A stretch of 64,000 nt of DNA from a virus. The position numbers and the translations under genes are program-made. Shown here piece by piece: positions 11,201 through 20,569 of the stretch. Where the stretch lies: positions 1-64,000 of the IMG/VR virus record IMGVR_UViG_3300021959_010405; one strand, 5' to 3'. Each line of letters opens with the position of its first letter. The stretch's first letter is position 1. The notes under the pieces are model-generated. The model was not told the DNA's origin. It saw nothing but the letters and a program-made list of their open reading frames with translations, and ran no database searches.

Positions 11201-11274
11201 AACTCGAGACTAATAATATTGTAGGAGATGCTGCATCTCAAAATACGCCAATCGGAGAATATAATTTTAACTAA
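8272..11274 (+). CDS. Large virion structural protein (baseplate-associated)
   Basis: 1000-aa N/S/Y-rich ORF in the tail operon with its own late promoter. Confidence 0.6.
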   Translation: MSSLNGLVVIENSITNPKSNPKYWIDNREPLSFFDFLKYIGEEATPKEFNNTYNSYLQDWYAKKGTNTAVIAGKVRDQYKELFKEISLNYTTAEEKRFLTNIDYNDEQDVAIAIPFFSKKLSDICQFYIKKREKVKSKAQLNKYRGSRVGLEKTISGIILDYILIDDSDNTYNTASISLSSITQGLQIEVEELYDIYSEYFNIDPDLAAGNYESSSQIRENLFTANSNDVDYDLFVDFDLALKKSIFDQPITIDGLGDLLEVNYEPDFTELVCRPDGILDELLDENSDPTRNRLSLKKQLLEKYIGTDIYYLSTNSTGTDYLSGVLFKSQNPSKNLLNRRFPGTASVPSNKHRSARDIGLFFKPDNLGVLHFKTNTNRYNIKTEGLEPDKVYVFPDPEIYGNVSNITNEPYDYPFYFVIDNSVYKKNNSYSFSIGDIYSTPEDQLFYGYKSYQDSPSTSNQTNLLKTFTSLYDTGIITDWHEDIFGNQYGLLKGPNLNIKSLSSISPEVLPGDDRNYVVLDGHDFYDDLEGFSFNYSVSTGFTNDGDIRSGVSARTIDEAPHNGNFDTGYPFLSTGMFELTGSPVRPLYFREFSPYIDALYSKSLEVLKKNGKILDGAVFLFDDGTISDPLSAGSVDYNTSYTALNTYYSLLVEAGSNPSNPLLPAPDGAASFYSTPPLSASIVSVFDAGSFLTEVTLDNDYPFTNSIFDYDQSTNNFSSTVISSTTGNHIEQTIEDVRGLSGSAFVRNISTNEVLPLSSELYNVYRKYPDVVENEVYSNVRWLDVNNDSIFIITNNYFVIDKINYVDGVYKSPNTTTLYYDISNTDGFTHVSYPYYKTDIDKTYFAITQLLSTNSTNSYKTIYPEIYEYNNKTNKSNKIFPTTESVSTLQNYFRLNDPASYNGINIIRIKRPSLTYNSRNNLYSITYVGEDGNNVGYIFNIKFSYLNENITFKSIKWYKLSTNGSTYNFYDSLGGQLETNNIVGDAASQNTPIGEYNFN

Positions 11275-11792
11275 TGAAAACGTATACAGTCTCAATTACC
11301 GGTAACACATCTACTCTCGAGAGTTTAGTATATTATGACGAGATTGCGGTAAAGGGCGATGTTGAATTTACATTTGATTTAACAGGCCTTGAAGTAAATC
11401 TTAATAATATATTAAGAATAGATATAGATTATGGGGATAGTAGTGATATAGAGAGATTCTCATATGATGTTGGGGTTGACCACGAGACTAAGCCTATAAC
11501 ATATGAAATAGCATTATATGGCGCTTACAGACCTGAATCAATTTTTAAACATGTTTATAGACCTCTAAATAGCACATACTTCTCTCAATTGACTGCTAGT
11601 ATATTATTGCAGTATGGTAATTTTGACCATTCAAAAATTATAATACCTATAAAAATAGCTCAACACTCTTATTACGATGTATTAGGGTCAATTAATGTAT
11701 TAGATACACAAATTATATCAACTACTGCTAGTGATATTTTTTGTGTGGTTGAAGATGAAGACGGAGATATAATAAACTTAGTTTTGTCATAA
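11274..11792 (+). CDS. Virion structural protein
   Basis: 172-aa ORF coupled (TAATG) to the upstream gene; IDYGD PKD-like motif. Confidence 0.55.
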   Translation: MKTYTVSITGNTSTLESLVYYDEIAVKGDVEFTFDLTGLEVNLNNILRIDIDYGDSSDIERFSYDVGVDHETKPITYEIALYGAYRPESIFKHVYRPLNSTYFSQLTASILLQYGNFDHSKIIIPIKIAQHSYYDVLGSINVLDTQIISTTASDIFCVVEDEDGDIINLVLS

Positions 11793-11802
11793 ATATATAA
11801 TA

Positions 11803-14800
11803 ATGGATGTAGTAGATTTTAATGACAGTGCTAAGTGTCTGAGTGCGGATTATATCGATAGCGATAATATAGAGCTGAGTGTTAATAGCATACAGGTAGA
11901 GCAAGGAATTAATATATTTGATGTACCAGCTTTAAATTCACTCAAGGATTCAAAAATAGGTAACTACAGCGCGCTATATCTTACAGATAAGAAGTATGGT
12001 AGCGATATTGTTTCATTTAAAACAATAAGCGAGATACCAAGAACAAAAATTATAACCTATATTGCTACAACATCCAACGCAGATAAAACACCAGAAAAAT
12101 ATTTACATATAGAGCCTGGCACAGTTGGTACTAATAGTGTAGCTGCTTACTCGTTCAAATCTCCAAATCAAATCAAAGATGTAAATAGAATCTTTTTTGA
12201 AATAGATGTATTATCAGATAGATATTGCCGGGTTCTGCATAGAGATGAAAATAGATTTTATTACTTAACAGTAAATCAAGATTTAGATTTTTATTTTGCG
12301 GATAGAGACTATCAAAATACATCATTTAATGTGATCGATGATAGCGTATTTGAATATATTATAGATGAGGAAGGCGACGATGTAGTTTTTTACAAGGCAT
12401 TAAGCGCTACGCCGGCTGTTGGGAATGATGTGAAGATATTATCGTTCAATGATAACAAATTAACTCTCAATACTCCAGCATCTGCCGGGATTATATTGTT
12501 TGATAATAGCAATAGATTTAAAATAGATTTCGTCAATAGATATAATAGCATAACACCTAAGCTTGACACATCTTGGGTATCATATGATATAATTGATAGT
12601 ATTAATATAAATTCATCAAAGAGCTCCTTTAAAGAAAGAAATAGTTATCTATTCTCTACACAATACAGTAACGCTACCGGCAATGAATTAAAATTTAATT
12701 TGTTACCTTTAAAAGATAATTTTTCTGAAAGAGATAATCAGCATAGAGGTGATTATATAACTCAATACACTAATAAAAATACTCCTAACGTAGATATGAG
12801 GGAGTATGAAAAAATCCATATAGGGCCTCGGCAAGAAAGTAATAATAATGATATATCTCTTTCATATACATTTTATAACTCAGACTATGTATTTCTCCCA
12901 GACCAGTATACAGTTTTTACAACACCTAAATCGCTATACCCCTACTCAAAAATTAATGTTAATGATACATTGATAGCTAAAAATGGCGCACTAGGTGGTG
13001 ATTCACCACACACATCAGATAAAATATTTTGCAAGCTCGATCAAGGGAATGCTAACCCTACTGATGGAACATATTTATGTACCTGGCTATCAGGAGGAGA
13101 CAAAGACACTATAGGCGTGTGGGTTGACAGATTTTATAATCCAACACTAACATCTAAAATAGAGGCCTTATCATCAGTGTCAGTAAAGCTATTTGATTTT
13201 ACCGACCCATCAGAATGCGCTATAGAGAGTGGCAATATAAGAGATCGAAATTATTACGATAGAAAAAGCAGCCTAGTATTTGAGGAAGACAAGCAATATA
13301 TTTATGAGAGAATAGGTAATGAATATGTGACAGAATACTTGAAGCATCTCGATCAATATTCTCTTATAGATAAATTTAGCTTAATAGGTGCTGATGGGTC
13401 TAGACTCGATTCAATACCAACATCAGAAGATACGCAACTCTTTAATTTAACAAATGCGTACTATACTCTCTCGAACTATGATGCTATAGACAAGCAAATT
13501 ACCATATCGTTTTGGCTCGATACTGATGATTGGTCTAAACCAGTAGGGTACTCTATAGCCGGAAATTTAACAAACAGGGGTATAGGAATTTTAAATGATA
13601 CTATAATAACACCCTTTATAACATTACATTATCAAAATATATTACATATATACAATACTTCTTTTGATCTTATCGATAGTATAGACTTTAAAGAGCCAAT
13701 AAGAGATATAATACGTGAGGATTCGCTCGATAATTTTTATATTGTTACAGACTACCAAAATATTTTTAAAGTTCAATCTAACGGGGCTGTGTTCGATAAA
13801 GCATCTATAGGTATTGTCGGTGAGTACGAAAACTATCTCATAAAGGGCAATAAAATATATTTTCTACACGACGATAAAACTATAACAATATTTGACACAG
13901 TGCAAGAGACATTTGATGATACTACTACGGTAGAAATACCGGATGAGAGTGGACTACCGCAGAATATCAACTCATTAGTTTATGATAATGTATCGGAAAG
14001 CTTAGTAGGGTCTCGAGGGGATAAGTCAGTAAAGATAGATGATAATAACTATGTGTTTGTTGTAGATAATAAGACACTTGTTAAGGAGAGTATAGATCAC
14101 TCTAAACGAACTGTTTTAATGTCATCTTCAACCTCTATAAAAGATTTTGTAATTGATGATAATTCATACATATATGTATTGCATGATAATAATAAACTAT
14201 CTAAATATACTAAAGATAGATTAAGAGTGTATCAAATAGAAATAACTGACTCCACAACTAATAATGATGAGTTGGAAGCTATAGCTATTGATTTAGTTAG
14301 AGAGTATACATCAAACGGTTTAGAGCAATACCCTATTGCCATATGCAATAATGATCAACAAAAATTATATGGCGCTACAATAAATGAAACAGACGGGTCA
14401 GTAGTAACTAAGCAATTAAATGACATTTACGGTAAATTTTATGATAAGTGCGATCAGTTCTATCTGGATAATAGAAGATACAATCTTACAAACTATAGCT
14501 ATTTAAAAGAAGAGGCTGGGAGTACAAATACACTCTCTTTCATAACGAAGTTAGATAATATCTATAATAATCGAACATCTTTAAACTCTAAGATTGAATA
14601 TAATATAGAGTCACTCCCTCCAGGGCAACACCATTTTGTATACAGGATAGATACAATAACTGGCAATATTACCGTCTTCGTTGATGGTATTAAAGTTGAG
14701 AATGTTAAATTCGAGCCTGGCAAATTCGCTCTGCAGAGTATATTCGATGAGGGACTTTTTATAGGAGGTACAGGATTTAACAATAATGTATTATTAGGGG

Positions 14801-15159
14801 ATTATTTAAATCAAAATGATAGATATTTTTGCCAAAATCTATTTATTAAGCAACCGAAAATTTATAACTACGCAATCGATGATGTGGATGTTAAGTTCTT
14901 AAATTTACACAATATTAAGATTAATGAAGTTGTTGCGAGTATGCCATCTGGTGAGAGAAATCAAATAGAACGAATACAAAGATTTTTTAAATGGCAGTTA
15001 CCTGGTAACAAATCCAATTATATTAATCTTAAAATCAAGAATAACATATTAACAGACGATGCTCTAAATAATACAATTAAGGGCGAAATCTTAAGAGAAA
15101 TATCAAGCTCCCTACCAGCCTCTGTGGTTGTTAAAGATATTACATTTGAAAACTATTGA
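11803..15159 (+). CDS. Virion protein with LamG/ConA-like domain
   Basis: ITISFWL...; HHFVYRID..ITVFVDG...IGG...PKIYNYAI; TAAATA 7 nt upstream. Confidence 0.7.
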   Translation: MDVVDFNDSAKCLSADYIDSDNIELSVNSIQVEQGINIFDVPALNSLKDSKIGNYSALYLTDKKYGSDIVSFKTISEIPRTKIITYIATTSNADKTPEKYLHIEPGTVGTNSVAAYSFKSPNQIKDVNRIFFEIDVLSDRYCRVLHRDENRFYYLTVNQDLDFYFADRDYQNTSFNVIDDSVFEYIIDEEGDDVVFYKALSATPAVGNDVKILSFNDNKLTLNTPASAGIILFDNSNRFKIDFVNRYNSITPKLDTSWVSYDIIDSININSSKSSFKERNSYLFSTQYSNATGNELKFNLLPLKDNFSERDNQHRGDYITQYTNKNTPNVDMREYEKIHIGPRQESNNNDISLSYTFYNSDYVFLPDQYTVFTTPKSLYPYSKINVNDTLIAKNGALGGDSPHTSDKIFCKLDQGNANPTDGTYLCTWLSGGDKDTIGVWVDRFYNPTLTSKIEALSSVSVKLFDFTDPSECAIESGNIRDRNYYDRKSSLVFEEDKQYIYERIGNEYVTEYLKHLDQYSLIDKFSLIGADGSRLDSIPTSEDTQLFNLTNAYYTLSNYDAIDKQITISFWLDTDDWSKPVGYSIAGNLTNRGIGILNDTIITPFITLHYQNILHIYNTSFDLIDSIDFKEPIRDIIREDSLDNFYIVTDYQNIFKVQSNGAVFDKASIGIVGEYENYLIKGNKIYFLHDDKTITIFDTVQETFDDTTTVEIPDESGLPQNINSLVYDNVSESLVGSRGDKSVKIDDNNYVFVVDNKTLVKESIDHSKRTVLMSSSTSIKDFVIDDNSYIYVLHDNNKLSKYTKDRLRVYQIEITDSTTNNDELEAIAIDLVREYTSNGLEQYPIAICNNDQQKLYGATINETDGSVVTKQLNDIYGKFYDKCDQFYLDNRRYNLTNYSYLKEEAGSTNTLSFITKLDNIYNNRTSLNSKIEYNIESLPPGQHHFVYRIDTITGNITVFVDGIKVENVKFEPGKFALQSIFDEGLFIGGTGFNNNVLLGDYLNQNDRYFCQNLFIKQPKIYNYAIDDVDVKFLNLHNIKINEVVASMPSGERNQIERIQRFFKWQLPGNKSNYINLKIKNNILTDDALNNTIKGEILREISSSLPASVVVKDITFENY

Positions 15160-15179
15160 TAGTTTCATAAATATACAAA

Positions 15180-17189
15180 ATGACCTTTGACCCTACAGCC
15201 AAGAGATTCAATTACACCTCTGGAGGTGAGCTAACCTTAACTGGGTCAGACTATATCGGGTATTTTAATGTTGATGCAGATGAGATATGGACTGGTAGAT
15301 ATAAAGATAGCCAATCTAAGGAACTATTACCTACATCGAGATTAAAAAGTGATTTGTACTTATCAAATTATTTTCAAGACAGGGTAATTGTAGATAATCT
15401 ATCACTACCCAATACTCTCGACGAAATATTAATACCAGAAAACGAGATAGTCACTTCACAGATTTTTTCAAGTTGCTTAAACAGAATATACGAAAACACT
15501 CTGTATATGTATAGTAAGCTGTTTATTGCATCTAATGATATTCCTGTAAGCTATTCATCATGGGCCGGTATAAGTGCATCAACATATATTGACCCTACCC
15601 AAGTAGATTCAGCTTCTGGTGCAATATCTGGTTTAGGGCTTCAGTGGTTTCCGTCAGATGTTGCAGTAACAACTGAAAGGGCGGAGTATATAGGGTATGA
15701 TGCATTAGATGAACTAAACAAGCTTACTGCAATACAATCTACAAGCAATACATATTTCCTGTTTGGGATAACAAATACAGAATTAGTGGTATTGGAAAGT
15801 GATGAAGACAGAACAACAATTTCTGTAACATTCAGTTCTAGCTTTGTCGATTCGAATACAGATAAAGAATACGTTAATATTGCCGATATATCTATTAATG
15901 GTGATAATCTGTATATGGTTGATAGTTCTGAAAACTATCTATACAGTTACAATATACTGGGATATACTAAGGATGATAATATTCTTCAAAACTCTAGGCA
16001 ACTGCTAAAAATTCAAGGCGGTCATGGGGATGCAGATGATAAGAGCAAGTACGACTCTCCCAACGTTGTAGAGTCAGGTTCAGATAGAGTATATGTAGCA
16101 GATTCTGGAAACAATTGCGTTAAAATATATGACACCAATCTCGCATGGATAAATACATACAATTTCACACTTGATGATATATCGGTTGTAGATATAAAGT
16201 ATAATAAACTATTTGATAATGTATTTGTTGTCTTCAGAAGTAAATTAAAATATGACTTTTTTATCTGGATATTCAATAAAGATTTTACTACAGTTATAGA
16301 TAAATTCGACATAAATGAACAGTATGAACAATTTGATCTTGATGTAGGTGTTAATGAGGGGGATCTATTGCTTCGAAATAATAGAATCTTCTTAGGTAAG
16401 GAAGAAAATGGTGTAGGTGAAGAGATATTAGGGATAGAATTTTCATCTCAAGACTCAAATATATTATATATTTACACCGATTCTAACATTTACAAAAAAT
16501 TCATATCAACCCCTACAAAAACTATAGGCAAATGGAGACTTAACGCTCGAGGGGTAGTATTTGGATTTATTTGGAATTTTATTGATGTTGAAATAGATAA
16601 GTTTTTAATACCATGGAATCAGCTATCAGGTAAAACTGTAAATGATATTATTGTAAAATCAATATCAATAATACCAACAGATGGAAATTTTGATGACATA
16701 TTTGCGCTCGTATATACATCCCAAAGAGATGCAATTAAAATCTTATATGCTAATGAATATACCTTGTATGATAGTGCTCTGCAGTCTGGAGATGTTGATC
16801 TATATAACTCTACAAGATCTGGAACATTAGAAGACGAATATATTAATGCATTTACTATTAATAAAGAACTATACAAGCAAGTATTTAATATAGTTTCTTT
16901 AAAGAATCTATTAAGAGGTAGATTTATTAGTGAGTATGACAAATATAATAGCTTAGTTTATAAACAATATGAATATATAGCGACAGACGAGTTAGAAGAG
17001 CTTATTATAGAAAATGTAGAAAATTTACAAATACATGACAATGAGCATGTAAGTAGCGAAGTAATAAACAGGAGTTTGCGCAAGATTTACCAATTCCAAT
17101 CTAAAATGTTAGATGTTACTAGAACTAATATAAAAAATATCAGCCCTGTATTAGCTTTGACCGGCACTAACATAGTTGCAATAGATTAA
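15180..17189 (+). CDS. Virion protein with NHL-like repeats
   Basis: GGHGDADDKSKYDSP...RVYVADSGNNCVKIYD; TAAATA 6 nt upstream. Confidence 0.68.
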   Translation: MTFDPTAKRFNYTSGGELTLTGSDYIGYFNVDADEIWTGRYKDSQSKELLPTSRLKSDLYLSNYFQDRVIVDNLSLPNTLDEILIPENEIVTSQIFSSCLNRIYENTLYMYSKLFIASNDIPVSYSSWAGISASTYIDPTQVDSASGAISGLGLQWFPSDVAVTTERAEYIGYDALDELNKLTAIQSTSNTYFLFGITNTELVVLESDEDRTTISVTFSSSFVDSNTDKEYVNIADISINGDNLYMVDSSENYLYSYNILGYTKDDNILQNSRQLLKIQGGHGDADDKSKYDSPNVVESGSDRVYVADSGNNCVKIYDTNLAWINTYNFTLDDISVVDIKYNKLFDNVFVVFRSKLKYDFFIWIFNKDFTTVIDKFDINEQYEQFDLDVGVNEGDLLLRNNRIFLGKEENGVGEEILGIEFSSQDSNILYIYTDSNIYKKFISTPTKTIGKWRLNARGVVFGFIWNFIDVEIDKFLIPWNQLSGKTVNDIIVKSISIIPTDGNFDDIFALVYTSQRDAIKILYANEYTLYDSALQSGDVDLYNSTRSGTLEDEYINAFTINKELYKQVFNIVSLKNLLRGRFISEYDKYNSLVYKQYEYIATDELEELIIENVENLQIHDNEHVSSEVINRSLRKIYQFQSKMLDVTRTNIKNISPVLALTGTNIVAID

Positions 17190-17198
17190 ATAAAATAA

Positions 17199-18611
17199 AT
17201 GGCTACAAACTTATTATCAAACACTATTTCTGATATATACAAGGGAATATTGCATACTACTCAGGAGCTATCTGGAAATATCCAACAGATAGTATATGAT
17301 GGTGCAGGTAATGAAACGTCTATGCAGATTGGCCTTAGCGGAGTCACTTTTAACACGTTGAATACAACCTCGCTGTCATCATACAATTTATCATACCCAA
17401 CTGAGGTGGGTGCTCAGTATAGTGTTTTAGCGCAATCAAATAATACAGGAATGCTCGGTATAGTCCCTCTGTCAGAGATTATTTGCAATGCTACTAATGG
17501 CATTAATTACTCAGCAAAAGGAATCCTCGATCGAGAGATTATGTTTCCTACACTATCGTGTGGTATTATAACAGATACTACCCAAAAGCCAATTTGCGAT
17601 ATATACAATAGTGTCGGTGTATTAACACATACATCAGTTTCTGGAAGTATTCCAAAGAACCAGTTCGTAGCAGGAATCTCCCTAACATGCGGCTTAATAA
17701 GAAGCGATGGAATATCATATGAAACTGGAAACATTGACCCGCTTGTCCCACTAGAGAAGGACAAGTACTACATTTTATCTACAGATAAAGATATAGTGAA
17801 TGAAGGCGAAACGTTTACTATAAGATTAAAGACGGTTAATGTTCCGGATTTCGAAAAAGTCTCTTACAAAATAACAGGAGTTACCTCTGATGATATAGAT
17901 GGGGCTGCTCTAACAGGCGAATTTGATATTATCAATAATGTTAGCACAATCACATTTACAACATCTATTAATGAGGATGTAATCGGGGTCCCGAACGAAA
18001 CATTTAAAATTGAACTTACAAACCTACCATCATATTCACCTCCTACTTTTGCGCATGTAGATATAATATCTGATTTACGAATAAAAGACTATAATAGAAT
18101 ATGTATAGCAGTAATAGACGAGACAGCTGACCAATCGCGTGGCACTACTCAAAACGATTATAATACATTTGTAGCTAACCACCCTAATCGAGAATTTCAC
18201 TTAATAACTGGCAAGGCACCGGCTGGTCAGGGAGGCTCTGGGGCTCGTAAAAGTTTAGAAATTCCTGCGGGATTTGCTAATAACCCAAATTTCTTTATAC
18301 ACGGATTTCCAGAAGATAATTTAACAAACGATAGACAATTTATAACCAGAGATGAGAGGTTATTTGAATGGCAAGCAGATGGTTTTGATGAAGTGCAAGA
18401 TTGGTTTAGCTTAGCTAATTTAAATAGAGTATACAGAGGATCTACTATTTACTTTGCTGTAGATAACTCTGGATCAACAACAACAAACTTAGTTAGAGGT
18501 CATTATGAGGATTTCGTAGCAAAGTGTACAGCTCACGGGTTAAAAGTAAAAGAATTAAACATGCGCAGTGAACGGTATATTAAGCCCTTTATAGGGGCTT
18601 TACCTGACTAG
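17199..18611 (+). CDS. Tail fibre-like protein A (Ig-like module plus vWA-like tip)
   Basis: YDGAGN fibre N-terminus; VNEGETFTI...YKITGV module; C-terminal RICIAVIDE...YFAVDNSGS. Confidence 0.7.
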   Translation: MATNLLSNTISDIYKGILHTTQELSGNIQQIVYDGAGNETSMQIGLSGVTFNTLNTTSLSSYNLSYPTEVGAQYSVLAQSNNTGMLGIVPLSEIICNATNGINYSAKGILDREIMFPTLSCGIITDTTQKPICDIYNSVGVLTHTSVSGSIPKNQFVAGISLTCGLIRSDGISYETGNIDPLVPLEKDKYYILSTDKDIVNEGETFTIRLKTVNVPDFEKVSYKITGVTSDDIDGAALTGEFDIINNVSTITFTTSINEDVIGVPNETFKIELTNLPSYSPPTFAHVDIISDLRIKDYNRICIAVIDETADQSRGTTQNDYNTFVANHPNREFHLITGKAPAGQGGSGARKSLEIPAGFANNPNFFIHGFPEDNLTNDRQFITRDERLFEWQADGFDEVQDWFSLANLNRVYRGSTIYFAVDNSGSTTTNLVRGHYEDFVAKCTAHGLKVKELNMRSERYIKPFIGALPD

Positions 18612-18640
18612 AAATTAAATTTTAATATAAATAATACATA

Positions 18641-20530
18641 ATGGCCAAAGATTTAACAGATAATTTCGTAGCTAATACATATAAAGGATTATTACACGCT
18701 CAGGGAGATGAAATACCAGCTGTAGGTGAAGTAGATATATATGACGGTGCTGGGAATAAAACAGACTTAACATTAGGCAGAGAAACTACTATATGCACCT
18801 CTCTTTCTGCAGGAGTGTTAAGCGCTGCTGGTCTCGAATATCCTACAGAGATTGGTAGTAAATACGATGTAGTAGCTCAAGCAACAGATGGCGAGAATAA
18901 TGTAGGAAAGCTTACACTACAAGATATTAATAGTCTACTATGTGCAGGTATTAATAGTTTATCTTCTTATGAGCCTCCTACAAACCCGACTAAAGTTCCT
19001 ATACCAACAATTGAGTGCGGTATAGTTACAGGAATAACAGAAAAAAATATTTGCGAGATAAATGAAGCTATAGGGGGTATAACATCAGAATACGACCCAG
19101 CATCATATACAGAAAATAACTTTGTTACAGATCTAGATGTCGAGTGTGGTGTTGTAAAGAAGATACATTATGGGTCTATATCACTTCCTCAAAATTTTGC
19201 GTTATCATCTAACAAGAGTAAAGTTCTAAGAAAAAACGGAGTAAGGGGGGTCGCGGCGAGTGTCCAAATAGCAGTAGGCAGAAACTGGGAGTTTATGCCT
19301 GAAAATTATGTAAATGGGTTTGGAATTCGCGGTCAATTATCTGGCAAATCTGCTATTACAATACCAACGACTAGACCGGGTTATCAATATGATTATTACT
19401 ATGTTTTCAAAACAGAAAAGGAAAAGGTTAATATACCTAGCACTGGGACATATACAATAAAAACATTTATAGACGATTACGGGTTTGTATCCTTAGATGG
19501 AGTTCGAACTAATCTCGGAGTAGCGGGGAAGGACGGTACCAGTTTTAAAACATGGACGCAATATCTAGATGTTGGAGAGTATATTTTAGAAGGAGCCTTT
19601 GCTAATAGAGGCTGGACTAAAAGACCCGGAAATGCTGGCACTATAGGCGTCGTTATAACAGATAGCGTCGGTACTGTTATATGGTCAACAGATGATTATA
19701 TCACTAGTGATGATAATTTAATTTACAGTGATGGTTCTGGTACTGCTTCGTCAACAACAACGAGATCTTCTACTAGACCGGAAGATTCTGAGTTTAGAAT
19801 TACTCTAAAGACTCAAAATGTACCTAACGGGACACTTGTGCCATATACTATAACGGGAGTACAATCTAATGATATTAACGGCGCACCTCTAAAGGGTAGA
19901 TTTACAGTTCAAGACAGTAGATCTTTTATCGATTATATAGCAACTAATCCAAGAGATCCCAATGAAACTTTTACATTGACCCTGGATAATGATTTTGATT
20001 CGGCAAGTGTATTGTTAGAAACAGGGCTTACAACATCAGCGAATAGATTCTGCATAACTGCTATTAATGAAACTGAAGGCGGTTCATTTTCTAAGCCTTT
20101 CCAAATTAGAAATGATTATGATACTTTTCGTAGTGAGTATCCAGATAGACTGTTAATTATATTAATGTACAAATCACAGTCGATAAGCCAAAATTTGATT
20201 TATATTGCACCTAAGATGGTAACAGATCCAAACACTATAATATACGGCAGCTCCAAACCAGGAAAATCCGGTTATATTGAGGGAGATCTAGCTCTACCCG
20301 GAAAAGGTCTGGTTAAAAACAATTGGTTCAATCTTGCAGGTCTAGGCTCATTGGCTTCTGGTGATAGAATATATTACTGGACAGACCCATCTGGCTCAAT
20401 GAGTGATTCTAAAATCAGGTCTGATCTTAACAACTTTAGACAGGGATGCCAAGATAGTAACATTGAAGCTATCAGACTCACGAGTAATACTGAGAATTAT
20501 ATAGCACCATTTCTTAGAGAGTTGCCTTAG
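18641..20530 (+). CDS. Tail fibre-like protein B, paralogue of A with an extra beta-sandwich
   Basis: Same N-terminus, Cys motifs, YTITGV module and tip (RFCITAINE...YYWTDPSGS); PA14-like insert; TATAAATA 7 nt upstream. Confidence 0.7.
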   Translation: MAKDLTDNFVANTYKGLLHAQGDEIPAVGEVDIYDGAGNKTDLTLGRETTICTSLSAGVLSAAGLEYPTEIGSKYDVVAQATDGENNVGKLTLQDINSLLCAGINSLSSYEPPTNPTKVPIPTIECGIVTGITEKNICEINEAIGGITSEYDPASYTENNFVTDLDVECGVVKKIHYGSISLPQNFALSSNKSKVLRKNGVRGVAASVQIAVGRNWEFMPENYVNGFGIRGQLSGKSAITIPTTRPGYQYDYYYVFKTEKEKVNIPSTGTYTIKTFIDDYGFVSLDGVRTNLGVAGKDGTSFKTWTQYLDVGEYILEGAFANRGWTKRPGNAGTIGVVITDSVGTVIWSTDDYITSDDNLIYSDGSGTASSTTTRSSTRPEDSEFRITLKTQNVPNGTLVPYTITGVQSNDINGAPLKGRFTVQDSRSFIDYIATNPRDPNETFTLTLDNDFDSASVLLETGLTTSANRFCITAINETEGGSFSKPFQIRNDYDTFRSEYPDRLLIILMYKSQSISQNLIYIAPKMVTDPNTIIYGSSKPGKSGYIEGDLALPGKGLVKNNWFNLAGLGSLASGDRIYYWTDPSGSMSDSKIRSDLNNFRQGCQDSNIEAIRLTSNTENYIAPFLRELP

Positions 20531-20569
20531 TGTGAGTGGATTTTAAATAATTACCACTAAATAAATACA

